The position numbers and the translations under genes are program-made. Of a stretch of 64,000 nt of DNA, positions 28,363 to 37,997 are shown piece by piece. The notes below the pieces were generated by a model. The model was not told the origin of the DNA and did not search any database. It worked only from the letters and a program-made list of their open reading frames with translations. Source of the stretch: an uncultured bacterium (GTDB taxonomy: Bacteria > Acidobacteriota > Thermoanaerobaculia > Multivoradales > JAHZIX01); contig CBDUPA010000002.1 of assembly GCA_965368975.1 (NCBI GenBank), positions 288,001-352,000 on the forward strand, written 5' to 3'. Every line of letters begins with the position of its first letter. Within the stretch, counting starts at the first letter, position 1.

Positions 28363-29675
28363 CAGATCTGCTCCAGAGCGACTTCCAGATCGCGCAGGAT
28401 GTCTTCCGGTTGTTCGAGACCGAGCGACAGTCGAATGCCGCCGGGATCGATACCCGCCTCGACCTGCTTGTCGGCCGGTACGGTGGCATGGGTCATGGAT
28501 GCCGGGTGTTCGACCAGCGTGCGTATCTGGCCCAGCGACACCGCCAGCGTGATCGTCAACGCATTCGTGGCCAGGTAGTCCATGACCTGAGCACCACGCT
28601 GCTTGGCTTGCTCGCCACCATGCGGAGTATCGTCACCGCGCAGCGTGAAAAAGATCATGATGCCGGGGGCGAAGTTGCCGTCGAAGTCACGCATCTGGCG
28701 CTGCGCCACCTCGTACTGCGGATGGCTCGGCAGCCCCGGATAGAAGACACGCTCGACCTTCGGGTGGGCTTCCAGGTATTGGGCGACCGTCAGCGCGGAC
28801 TCTTGCTGTTGGCGTGCGCGCAGCGGCAGAGTCGGCAGGCCGTAGACCAGGGCCGGCCAGGCCGCTTTGGGCGACAGCACGCCGCCGAAGTCCTTGCGGT
28901 AGAGCAGCAGGTCCGGCTCCAGCAAGCGCGGTCCGATCACCGCACCCCCCATATCGGTACCGAAGCCACCGATGTTCTTGGTCAGGCTGTGGACGACGAT
29001 GTCGATCCCCAGCTCCAGCGGTCGCTGGCAAAAGGGCGTCGCGAAGGTGTTGTCGATGATCGTGAAGACCAGCCGGCGTGGCGGGCGTGTGGCGTTGTGC
29101 TCGGCCACCAGGTCGGCGATCGCCTTCAGATCGAGCAGTTCCAGACTGGGATTGCACGGGCTCTCGCCATACACCGCCATGATGTCGGGCTGTTCGTCGA
29201 GCAGGCGGCGCAGGTTGTCTGGATCGGTGAGGTCCGTGAACAGGACCTCGATACCCAGACGCGGGTACCAGTTGGTGAACAGCGAGTACGTGCAGCCATA
29301 GACCGTCTTGTGGGCGACAACCTTGTCGCCGGTCTTCAGCAAGACCCCCAAAGCCGCGGAAATCGCCGCCATACCGGTGGCGAACGTCACGCAGCACTCA
29401 CCGCCCTCGGCTGCCTCCAGGTTCTCTTCGAGCATGCCGCGACTCGGTTCGTCGAGCCGGTCGTAGATGTAGATCGGCGATTGCTGCTCGCGATTGAACT
29501 CGGGGTTGGCGAATTCGAGAAAGCCTTCTGCACCACGTGCGGTGCTCTCGAGACGGTAGGACGTCGAGGCACTGACCGGCGGGATGATGTGATCTTTGTA
29601 GTTCCAGTGAGGGCTCATCATCTTGCCGTGGATGAGTCGCGTGCGTAGGTGGTACTCCGGACGTTCCTTGCTCAT
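28362..29675 (-). CDS. Cys/Met metabolism PLP enzyme (methionine gamma-lyase / cystathionine gamma-lyase family)
   Basis: FATGMAAIS, ESPCNP, IDNTFATP, HSLTKNIGG, VSLG...HPASMTH and IRLSLGLE motifs. Confidence 0.9.
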   Translation of the reverse strand: MSKERPEYHLRTRLIHGKMMSPHWNYKDHIIPPVSASTSYRLESTARGAEGFLEFANPEFNREQQSPIYIYDRLDEPSRGMLEENLEAAEGGECCVTFATGMAAISAALGVLLKTGDKVVAHKTVYGCTYSLFTNWYPRLGIEVLFTDLTDPDNLRRLLDEQPDIMAVYGESPCNPSLELLDLKAIADLVAEHNATRPPRRLVFTIIDNTFATPFCQRPLELGIDIVVHSLTKNIGGFGTDMGGAVIGPRLLEPDLLLYRKDFGGVLSPKAAWPALVYGLPTLPLRARQQQESALTVAQYLEAHPKVERVFYPGLPSHPQYEVAQRQMRDFDGNFAPGIMIFFTLRGDDTPHGGEQAKQRGAQVMDYLATNALTITLAVSLGQIRTLVEHPASMTHATVPADKQVEAGIDPGGIRLSLGLEQPEDILRDLEVALEQI

Positions 29676-29898
29676 TCGAACTGGGCTCCTAGCGGGTGTT
29701 CCGGCTTTCAAAATCAGGGGATATCGGGACGCCACCGCGCACCGCGCGGTTGCACAAGCAGTATAGCCGGCAAAGAGAATGCAGAAGTTGAAGTTCTACA
29801 CGATTTTGGTTGCGCTGACGAAGCCGAGCGCGCTACACTTCTATCGGAAGATACATCTTCACTTTCCTCAGGACTGTACTTTTTGGAGGTAAGGGCCC

Positions 29899-30351
29899 GT
29901 GACTAACGCAAATGCACAACCTACGAGCGGCGCGCAAGCAGAGGGAGATAATCCCGAAGCGGCTTCCAGGCTAAATTTCGTACACATAGGCCAGGCATTG
30001 CGATGGCTCCGCAATCAACGCAGCCAAAAGCAACGAGAGGTAGCTTTGACCGCTGGCATCACACCCGCGATGTTGAGCGCCTATGAAACCGGCAAGCACC
30101 GCCCGAGCCTCGATACCGTTGACCGACTCCTGGGCGCGCTGCGCTGTGATGTCTACGATCTCACGCACGCCCTGCACACCGTTTCAGGCGCGGTGCTGGG
30201 CCGCCAGAGTCCGGTACCGCCATTGATGCACGGCGACGGACGGGCACTCGACGCAGCCGGTGCCATCGAGCTGGAAGCCAGCGAACAGGAAATGCTCGCT
30301 TCTCTGATGCCGGCGCTGGTACAGGTACTGCGCTACGTCCGTAGGACCTGA
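29899..30351 (+). CDS. XRE-family HTH transcriptional regulator
   Basis: IGQALRWLR...QREVALTAGITPAMLSAYETGKHRPSL motif. Confidence 0.85.
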   Translation: MTNANAQPTSGAQAEGDNPEAASRLNFVHIGQALRWLRNQRSQKQREVALTAGITPAMLSAYETGKHRPSLDTVDRLLGALRCDVYDLTHALHTVSGAVLGRQSPVPPLMHGDGRALDAAGAIELEASEQEMLASLMPALVQVLRYVRRT

Positions 30352-30368
30352 ACCCTCAGGTCGTCCGA

Positions 30369-30400
30369 TCCGCCATGCTTCTCTGGAGAAGCGTAGCGGA
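30369..30400. terminator. Hairpin between convergent XRE gene and pilB
   Basis: TCCGCCATGCTTCTC-tg-GAGAAGCGTAGCGGA imperfect inverted repeat. Confidence 0.45.
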
Positions 30401-30403
30401 AGG

Positions 30404-32122
30404 TCAATCCGCTACGGTCTCGCGCACGACCTCTTCGATGGTCGTCAGACCGGCGCGGATCTTGTGCATACCGCTACCCCGCAGCGTGACCATGCCGAGT
30501 TCGACCGCTCGCTGCCGCAGCTCGTAGGAGCTGCCACCGGAGAGAATCATCTCGCGCAGATCGTCGCCGATGTCCATGACCTCATAGAGACCGACACGGC
30601 CCTTGTAGCCAGTGCTGTTGCAGCGGTCGCAACCACGGCCACGGAACAGCTTGAGCTTCTTGGCTTCCTGCTCGCGAAAGCCGACGTTGATCAGAGCCGT
30701 CGGCGGCGCGTCCACCGGTTCTTTGCAGAAGGTGCAGATGCGGCGTACGAGACGCTGGGCGACCACCAAGTGCACCGAGGTCGCGACCAGGAAGGGCTCG
30801 ATACCCATGTTCATCAAGCGGCTGATCGCCGAGGGGGCGTCGTTGGTGTGCAGGGTGGAGAGCACGAGGTGACCGGTCATGGCAGCCTTGATCGCCACCT
30901 CGGCGGTTTCGAAGTCGCGGATCTCACCCACCAGCACGATGTTCGGGTCCTGACGTAGGAAGGAGCGCAGCGTCGCCGCAAAGTTGAGGCCGATCTGCTC
31001 CTTCATCTGCACCTGGTTGATGCCCGCGAGGTTGAACTCGACCGGATCCTCGGCGGTCATGATGTTGACCTCCGGGGTGTTGATGCGCTGCATCGCCGAG
31101 TACAGGGTGTTGGTCTTGCCGGACCCCGTCGGCCCGGTGACCAGCACCATGCCGTACGGCTGCAGCACCGCCTGCTCGAACTTGCGCAGGGACTCCGGCT
31201 CGAAGCCGAGCTTGGTCAGGTCGAGCATCAGCTTGTCTTTGTCCAGCAGCCGCATGACGATCTTCTCGCCGAACAGAGTCGGCAGGATCGAGACGCGGTA
31301 GTCGAGATCCTTGCGCTTGCCAGAGATGCGCGTGCGGATCTTGATACGGCCGTCCTGCGGCAGGCGCTTCTCGGCGATGTCCAGCTTGGCCATGATCTTC
31401 AAGCGGCTGGTGATCGCTTCACGCAGCTTCATCGGCGGCTGCATGACCTCGTAGAGGATGCCGTCGATGCGGTAGCGGCAACGGAACTCTTTTTCGTACG
31501 GCTCGATATGAATATCGGAGGCGCCGCGCTTGATGGCGTCGGTGAGGATCAAGTTCACCAGCTTGACGACCGGCGCGGTCTCGGACTCGTCTTCGAGGGT
31601 CGAGAGATCGAGCTCCTCGTCCTCTTCCAACACCTCGAGGTCGGCATCGGCCTCGTCGGCCAGATCGTCCATGACCTTCTTCAACTCGACCGCGTGGGTC
31701 GAGCCGTAGTACTTGTCGATCGACATGCGTAGCGCCGTCTCGGACGCCAGCACCGGTTGCACCTGGTAGCCGGTCATGAACTTGATGTCGTCCATGGCGA
31801 ACACGTTGCTGGGGTCGATCATCGCCAGGGTGACCTTGGCGCCGGCCTTCGACACCGGAACCACCGTGTACTTGCGAGCGATGTCCGCCGGGATGATCTT
31901 GATCACACCCTCGTCGAGATCCATGTTGGCGAGATCGACCGACGGCACGCCGAAGTGCTTGGAAAGGAACTGCACCAGGTTGGGCTCATCCAGGAAACCC
32001 AAGCTGACAAGCGCACTGCCCAGACGCCCACCCTGTTCCTTCTGGTACTGCAACGCTCTCTGCAGTTGCCCCTTGTCGATCTTGCCTGCCTTGATCAGCG
32101 CCTCGCCAAATTTTTCTTGCAT
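30404..32122 (-). CDS. pilB: Type IV-A pilus assembly ATPase
   Basis: ASDIHIEP, LDIAEKRLPQDG, GPTGSGKT, LRQDPN..VGEIRD, TGHLVLSTLHTN and CxxC..CxxC motifs. Confidence 0.95.
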   Translation of the reverse strand: MQEKFGEALIKAGKIDKGQLQRALQYQKEQGGRLGSALVSLGFLDEPNLVQFLSKHFGVPSVDLANMDLDEGVIKIIPADIARKYTVVPVSKAGAKVTLAMIDPSNVFAMDDIKFMTGYQVQPVLASETALRMSIDKYYGSTHAVELKKVMDDLADEADADLEVLEEDEELDLSTLEDESETAPVVKLVNLILTDAIKRGASDIHIEPYEKEFRCRYRIDGILYEVMQPPMKLREAITSRLKIMAKLDIAEKRLPQDGRIKIRTRISGKRKDLDYRVSILPTLFGEKIVMRLLDKDKLMLDLTKLGFEPESLRKFEQAVLQPYGMVLVTGPTGSGKTNTLYSAMQRINTPEVNIMTAEDPVEFNLAGINQVQMKEQIGLNFAATLRSFLRQDPNIVLVGEIRDFETAEVAIKAAMTGHLVLSTLHTNDAPSAISRLMNMGIEPFLVATSVHLVVAQRLVRRICTFCKEPVDAPPTALINVGFREQEAKKLKLFRGRGCDRCNSTGYKGRVGLYEVMDIGDDLREMILSGGSSYELRQRAVELGMVTLRGSGMHKIRAGLTTIEEVVRETVAD

Positions 32123-32241
32123 CTGTCTCGCGTCCAGGAGACCGCTCCCAAGAGTTGGGAGTGATCGAGGTGGATGAAATGAGCGGCGTCTCCGAATGAA
32201 GGCTCGCAGCTGGTCAGTGTAGCAATGCCCTCAAAGCCGGG

Positions 32242-33270
32242 TCAATGAGAGGTTCTTGTAAGTAGCTCCAAGGCACGCTCCACGACCACTGCCGGCGGGA
32301 TGCCGAGCAGACAGGCTTTGGCTTCTTCGTAGCGCTTATAACAGTAGCTGCACGGCAGCGGCCGAGCCAGCGCTCGCCGCGGCTCCCCATAAGGACCGTG
32401 GCGACGGGGGTCGGTCGGGCCAAGTACACACAGCACCGGGGCTCCCAAGGCGTGTGCCAGGTGCAACGGACCGCTGTCCCCCCCCAGCACCAAGCGGGCC
32501 CGGCGCATCAGACCAGCAAGCGTCGGCAGGTCGATCAAGCCCAGATCACGCGCCGCACCTTGCGACGCGGCCGCCAGCTCCGCCGCCAGTTCCTGCTCCC
32601 CGGGGCCGCAGGGGACCCAGACCCGGATACCGGTCTGTTGGTGAATCTGCCGGGCGACCGTCCCCCACCACCGAGCCGGATATACCTTGTTGCCCCATCC
32701 GGCCCCAGGAGGGATCAGGGCAAATGGCTCCGGGTGGGCGTCGAGCAGCTGCTGGACGGCTGGCGGCTCGGTGGTCATGATTCGTTCGGCGCCAAAGTCG
32801 ACATCGACCGGGGGAATCTGCAGCGCATCGAGCACCCCCAGCACCTGATCGACGGCGTGCTCACCGCGCGGCCGTACCGTCTCGTTGATCCACAGCGCAC
32901 TCGATGGCTCCCGGCGAAACGGACGCGCCAGCCCGATACGGCGCGGACAGCCACTGAGCCAAGCCAGCGTACCGGCCTTGTGGTTCCCCATCAGGTCGAG
33001 CACCGCGTCGGCATGGAACTCGCGCATGGCCCGGACGGCAGCGCGCATCTCACGCCAGGTGGCGGCACGACCCAGCGCCCGGCGCCAGCCGCGCAGCTTC
33101 ACTGGGATACGCACGTCGATGTCGGGGTGGTCCTGCAGTAGAGGCAGCATGGACGCCTCGACCACCCAGCCGACGCGGGCTTCCGGCAGGTGACGGCGCA
33201 ATGCCGTCAGCACGGGCAGCGCGTGGACGATGTCTCCCAGGGCACTGGTGCGGATGATCAGCAGACGCAC
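32242..33270 (-). CDS. GT9 LPS heptosyltransferase
   Basis: RTSALGDIVHALP, GGDSGPLHLAHALG and GPTDP motifs. Confidence 0.9.
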   Translation of the reverse strand: MRLLIIRTSALGDIVHALPVLTALRRHLPEARVGWVVEASMLPLLQDHPDIDVRIPVKLRGWRRALGRAATWREMRAAVRAMREFHADAVLDLMGNHKAGTLAWLSGCPRRIGLARPFRREPSSALWINETVRPRGEHAVDQVLGVLDALQIPPVDVDFGAERIMTTEPPAVQQLLDAHPEPFALIPPGAGWGNKVYPARWWGTVARQIHQQTGIRVWVPCGPGEQELAAELAAASQGAARDLGLIDLPTLAGLMRRARLVLGGDSGPLHLAHALGAPVLCVLGPTDPRRHGPYGEPRRALARPLPCSYCYKRYEEAKACLLGIPPAVVVERALELLTRTSH

Positions 33271-33293
33271 GCCGGGGTCTCGACGCGGGAGCG

Positions 33294-33815
33294 TCAGGAG
33301 TGCGCCTTCAGGGGGGGTGCCTTCAGGGGGAGGGCCTTCAGGGGGAGGGCCTTGACGGCGGCGATGATATCGCTGGTGGCGTGGTCCTTGGGATCGCCAA
33401 CCAGACGCGTCTCACCGCCGTAGGCTTGGACCACCGGGTATTCGGGGACGTTCTCGGGCGTGCCGTAGTCCGTGCCCTTGCAGTGCACGTCGGGCTGCAG
33501 CAGGGTGAGCAGGGGAGCCGGCGAGTCCCCTTCGAAGATGACGACAAAGTCGACCGGCTCCAGCGCCGCCAGTAGCTCGGCCCGCTCGGCGGACGGCACG
33601 ACCGGCCGTCCCTCGCCCTTGAGGCTGCGCACGGAATCGTCACTGTTGAGGCCCACCACCAGCGCATCCGCGGTGGCTCGGGCATCGCGCAGATAGCGCA
33701 GATGACCGACGTGCAGCAGATCGAAATGGCCGTTGGCGAAGGCGACCCGCTGGCCGGCAGCGCGCAAGTCGTCCAGCCGGCTCTTCAACTGCTCTGGCGA
33801 GATTACTTCTCCCAT
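33294..33815 (-). CDS. rfaE2: Heptose 1-phosphate adenylyltransferase (RfaE2/HldC-like)
   Basis: ANGHFDLLHVGH, VGLNSDDSV..LKG.GRP and KGTDY motifs. Confidence 0.85.
   Translation of the reverse strand: MGEVISPEQLKSRLDDLRAAGQRVAFANGHFDLLHVGHLRYLRDARATADALVVGLNSDDSVRSLKGEGRPVVPSAERAELLAALEPVDFVVIFEGDSPAPLLTLLQPDVHCKGTDYGTPENVPEYPVVQAYGGETRLVGDPKDHATSDIIAAVKALPLKALPLKAPPLKAHS
33304..33353 (-). repeat. 15-bp tandem repeat (~3.3 copies) giving a KALPL-type C-terminal tail
   Basis: GCCTTCAGGGGGAGG units. Confidence 0.9.
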
Positions 33816-33887
33816 CGTACGTCTCCCATCGTTCTGCTCCTATCGTCCTGGCCATCAGCTCGTCCTGGCCATCAGCCTCTGGAAGGC

Positions 33888-34973
33888 TTACTTCGGTTCC
33901 GTCCCGGCAAGGTAGCGCAAGCTCTGGAGCGGCGTCGGGTCGGATTCGACGGCATGGCGCAGCTCAGCCGGACTGACCGTCGCGGTACCCATCTTGGTGA
34001 CCACGATGCCGCCGGCGTAGTTGGCGAGCAGCGCCGCTTCCAGGGGATCGCCACCGGCGGCCAGCGCAAGGGCAAACGTGCCGATCACGGTATCGCCCGC
34101 GCCGGTGACGTCCGCGACCTGGTCCGTACCGTGTACCGGCAGGCAGACCGCTCCGTCTGCGTCGCACAACACCATACCGTGACTGCCGCGCGTGATCAGC
34201 AGAAAGCCGAGCCCGAGCCGGGCACGCAACTGCTGCGCGGCAGTGTGCAAGCCGTCATCGGCTTCGGGCAGCGGATGGCCCAGCAGATTCTCGGTCTCTT
34301 CCTCGTTGGGCGTGGCGCCATCGAGATGCTGCCACGCATCCAGTCGATAGCGACTGTCGCCGAGCACGAGACCCCCGGGTGCCAGCGCCTCTCGGACTGC
34401 CGCCAGCAGCGCAGGTACCGCGGCACCGTAGCCGTAATCGCTGACCACAGCGACGGTGGCCTGCTCACCCTCGGTACCAGCGCGCAGCCGGCGCGTCAGC
34501 TCGGCGCTCTCGTCAGCGGTCAGTTCGAGCGGTTCCTCGACGTCGTAGCGCACGATCTGCTGCTTGATGGCGTGACGGCCACCGCCCAGGATGCGCGTCT
34601 TGGTCGGCGTTCGGTAGCCAGCGCGCACCAGAATACCTTCGGTGTCGATACCGCGCTCGGCCAGGACCGCCAGCAACTGCCGACCGCTGGCATCGTCGCC
34701 CACCACGCCGACCGGCATGGGGCGACCGCCCAGCGCTCGCACGTTGGTCACCGCGTTGGCGCCACCCCCGGGAATCAGCGTCTCATCCTGGAAGCTGAGG
34801 ATCAGCACCGGTGCCTCGCGGCTGATGCGCTTCGGGATCCCGGTGATGAAGCGATCCGCCACCAGGTCCGCCAGAATCACGACACGACAACCATCCATGG
34901 CGTCGATGCGTGACAGCAAGCGCTCGCTGGATGGAACTGCGGAATGCGGGGAAGAACGTGGCGGAGAAGTCAT
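33888..34973 (-). CDS. rfaE1: Heptose 7-phosphate kinase (RfaE1/HldA-like, PfkB family)
   Basis: RISREAPV, PGGGANA, SDYGYG, TPNEEE and DVTGAGDTV motifs. Confidence 0.88.
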   Translation of the reverse strand: MTSPPRSSPHSAVPSSERLLSRIDAMDGCRVVILADLVADRFITGIPKRISREAPVLILSFQDETLIPGGGANAVTNVRALGGRPMPVGVVGDDASGRQLLAVLAERGIDTEGILVRAGYRTPTKTRILGGGRHAIKQQIVRYDVEEPLELTADESAELTRRLRAGTEGEQATVAVVSDYGYGAAVPALLAAVREALAPGGLVLGDSRYRLDAWQHLDGATPNEEETENLLGHPLPEADDGLHTAAQQLRARLGLGFLLITRGSHGMVLCDADGAVCLPVHGTDQVADVTGAGDTVIGTFALALAAGGDPLEAALLANYAGGIVVTKMGTATVSPAELRHAVESDPTPLQSLRYLAGTEPK

Positions 34974-35215
34974 TCTTGAGACGTTGAATCAGACAGCAAA
35001 CTATACCACGCACCTGAAGTCCTCCCCCTCCAGCAGCTGCGTCACCGCCTCGAAGCCAGCTGTCCCTCAACGAAGACAGCAGCGCCCACGGAGCGTCCAC
35101 CTTGGGGGACACTGCCCGTACCGCTGATCGGGTCGAGCCCAGAAATTCCCGCTACAACAGGATTCTGTGGTGATGGCATCGATCCTGCGTAGGAAGAACA
35201 GCGGAGGGTCTTCAC

Positions 35216-35893
35216 ATGATGCCAGCACTCAAACAGCAGCCAGCCAACGAGACGACAGCCAACGGGCCAACCACGAGCCACAAGCCGAACCAGAGTTCCT
35301 GGGACTTCGAAGCGGCCGCGATGCCCTTCGTCGACTCGCTGTACAGCACGGCCTATCGCATGACGCGCAACTCCGAGGACGCCGAAGACCTCGTGCAAGA
35401 GACGTACATGAAGGCCTACAAGTACTACGACAAGTTCCAGGAAGGGACCAACTTCAAGGCCTGGCTGTTCAAGATCCTCAAGAACACGTTCATCAACGCC
35501 TACCGCAAGAAGCAGCAGAAGCCGCTCGAGAACGACTTCGCCGAGATCGAAGATGCCTTCGAATCGCAGGTCAGCGACCAGGCTACCGGACTGCTCAAGA
35601 GTCCTGAAGAGCGGCTGCTAGAAAACGTCCTCGACGAGCACATCCAAAGGGCACTGGAGAGCTTGCCCGAAGACTTCCGCGTCGCCGTCCTCCTGGCCGA
35701 TCTGGAAGATTTCTCCTACAAAGAGATTGCCGAGATCCTCAACGTTCCCGTGGGTACCGTGATGAGCCGCCTCTACCGAGGCCGGCGCTTGCTCGAAGCC
35801 GCGATGCTGACCTACGCCAAGGACCACGGCTACCTCAGGGAGGGAGAACCGACCAAGATGCGCAGCCGTCGCGGCCGCAAGAAGAAAGAGTGA
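35216..35893 (+). CDS. ECF sigma-70 factor (SigH/SigR-like)
   Basis: [25 protein letters not shown] and [23 protein letters not shown] motifs. Confidence 0.93.
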   Translation: MMPALKQQPANETTANGPTTSHKPNQSSWDFEAAAMPFVDSLYSTAYRMTRNSEDAEDLVQETYMKAYKYYDKFQEGTNFKAWLFKILKNTFINAYRKKQQKPLENDFAEIEDAFESQVSDQATGLLKSPEERLLENVLDEHIQRALESLPEDFRVAVLLADLEDFSYKEIAEILNVPVGTVMSRLYRGRRLLEAAMLTYAKDHGYLREGEPTKMRSRRGRKKKE

Positions 35894-35957
35894 GGCTCCT
35901 GCAAACTGAAGAAGGCTCCCTGAAGAACACTCGCTAGACAGATTTAGCTGCAGACAA

Positions 35958-36164
35958 GCCTAGCTATCCGAACCGAGAACCTGACCGCGGGATGCCGCGG
36001 TGCCGGGCAAAGAAGCGTAGACCATCTTTCTGCCGACAGCCGGAATATGCCGGCCCGTCTCCCCTGTTGTGGGGGTTGGATCGAGCCCCCAACGAAGTGC
36101 CCAGATGAGTGAGTAGGTGGAACGGGGTTCCTCCGATCCTCAAGAAGGCACAGGAGAGACGCGC
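35958..36164 (+). ncRNA. Putative structured RNA / leader between sigma and anti-sigma genes
   Basis: Hairpins at 35984-36001, 36039-36054 and 36070-36091; long-range pairing of 36053-36067 with 36150-36164 (13/15 bp). Boundaries approximate. Confidence 0.55.
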
Positions 36165-36407
36165 ATGGACTGTTCCAGGTTCCGAGAAGTAGTGTTCCAA
36201 TTTGCGGACGGCGAGATGGAAGGTGAGCTCCTAGCCGACTTCCGCACACACATGGCTGGCTGCCCCGATTGTGACCAGCGCCGCCAGACTACCGAGCGCT
36301 GGCTGCAAACGCTGAAGCGGCGGCTGCCCAAGTTGACCGCTCCCGAAAGGCTACGCCAGCGGATTCTGCACAATCTGCCGCACCGACGCTTCCGTAGCAC
36401 CGCTTGA
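36165..36407 (+). CDS. Zinc-binding (ZAS / zf-HC2) anti-sigma factor
   Basis: MDC...DGE...HMAGCPDC (HxxxCxxC) and APERLRQRI motifs; AGGAGAG RBS. Confidence 0.9.
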   Translation: MDCSRFREVVFQFADGEMEGELLADFRTHMAGCPDCDQRRQTTERWLQTLKRRLPKLTAPERLRQRILHNLPHRRFRSTA

Positions 36408-36490
36408 AGGTGTCCAGAAGAGACAGGCAATCTCTGATCTCACAATAACTTCCTGTGGTACGCTCGAAAGAATATGGCCGAGAGCGAACT

Positions 36491-37978
36491 ATGAAGCGAG
36501 ACAACCTACCCCAAGCTTCCCCCGACTCCTCTTCCAACTCGACTTCTCGAGAGGCTCTGTCCCTTAGAGAGGCGTCCCTTCAAGAAGCTCCGTCGTGGCG
36601 CCGTCCAAACTGGATCGTGCGCCTGGGCCTGCCCCTGGGTCTGGTGGCAGCGGCCCTGCTCATGATGCAGAGCACGCTGCACTTGCAACAAGCCAACACC
36701 ACTCCTCGAGCTCAGTCCGCCCTGCGCTTCGACCCCGATCTGGCGCTCCATCCCGCTGGCAGCCCGCTGCGCGTCGCGACGCGTGACATCCCGCTGATGT
36801 TGCCGCTGGAGCGCGGCCAGACGCTGGGCTCCGTCCTCGGTGACTTCGGCCTCGAGCCGGCGGAAGCTCGCGACGTGGTCGAGGCACTCGCCGAGCATGT
36901 GGACCCACGGCGCTTGCGGGCCGGCGATCCCTACGCCGCCTACCTGGAAGAAGACGGTGCCCTGCACGCTTTCCAGCTGGTGGTTCCGGAGAAGGGGAAG
37001 GTGCGCGTGGCCCGCGACGACCAGGGCTGGTCGACTTCGTGGCGTGACTTTGTCCGCACCGAGCGTCTGAGCCAGGTCCGCGGCACCCTCGAAGGTGCCC
37101 TGGAAACTGCGATCCGCGACGCCGGTGGACGCCCCTCCGTAGCCTTCCTGATGGCCGACGCCCTGCAGTGGGACCTCGACTTCAACCGCGATCTGCGCAC
37201 AGGCGACCGCTTCGAAGCCCTGTTCGAAGAGGTGTACCTGGACGGCCGGTACCACGGCCTGGGACGCTTGCTGGCCGTGGTCTACGAGACGCGAGGCCAG
37301 CGGCTGGAAGGCTTCCGGTTCGACGGCGAGGGCCGCGGAGGCGACGACGGCGGTTTCTACGACGCCGAGGGACGGCCGCTGTGGAAGATGTTCCTGCGCT
37401 CACCGATGCGCTACTCGCGAGTGACCTCGCAGTTCAGCCATCGTCGCTTCCACCCCGTGCTCAAGACGTACCGCCCGCACTACGGCGTCGACTACGGCGC
37501 CCCCACCGGCACGCCAGTGCGGGTAACGGCTAGTGGCACCGTCAACTTTGCCGGCTGGAACGGTGGCGCCGGACGCATGGTGCGCGTGCGCCACCCCAAC
37601 GACTACGAGACCGCCTACCTGCATCTATCCGGGTTCGCCGACGGCATCCGCTCCGGTGCCCGCGTCAGCCAGGGGCAGGTCGTCGGCTACGTCGGCTCGA
37701 CCGGTCTGTCGACCGGCCCACACCTGGACTACCGCGTCAAACACCGCGGCAGCTACATCAATCCGGGCTCGCTCAAGACCATGCCCGCCGAACCGATCGC
37801 CCAGAAGGATCTGCCCGAGTTCATCGCCTGGCGCGATGCCCTGCGTCACAGCATGGCGACCGGGGAACCATTGCCCGAAGATCCGTTCCGCGTCGACGAA
37901 CCTGACGCGACCGCGCTCCAGATCGCTGGCCAGAGCGACCGCGAAGCGGCGGACGGGGCCACGGTTCGCACTCGCTGA
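36491..37978 (+). CDS. M23 family peptidoglycan DD-endopeptidase (MepM-like)
   Basis: RFHPVL..RPHYGVDY, YLHLS and GSTGLSTGPHLDY motifs. Confidence 0.93.
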   Translation: MKRDNLPQASPDSSSNSTSREALSLREASLQEAPSWRRPNWIVRLGLPLGLVAAALLMMQSTLHLQQANTTPRAQSALRFDPDLALHPAGSPLRVATRDIPLMLPLERGQTLGSVLGDFGLEPAEARDVVEALAEHVDPRRLRAGDPYAAYLEEDGALHAFQLVVPEKGKVRVARDDQGWSTSWRDFVRTERLSQVRGTLEGALETAIRDAGGRPSVAFLMADALQWDLDFNRDLRTGDRFEALFEEVYLDGRYHGLGRLLAVVYETRGQRLEGFRFDGEGRGGDDGGFYDAEGRPLWKMFLRSPMRYSRVTSQFSHRRFHPVLKTYRPHYGVDYGAPTGTPVRVTASGTVNFAGWNGGAGRMVRVRHPNDYETAYLHLSGFADGIRSGARVSQGQVVGYVGSTGLSTGPHLDYRVKHRGSYINPGSLKTMPAEPIAQKDLPEFIAWRDALRHSMATGEPLPEDPFRVDEPDATALQIAGQSDREAADGATVRTR

Positions 37979-37997
37979 GGCGGCGGAGAGCCCCTTT

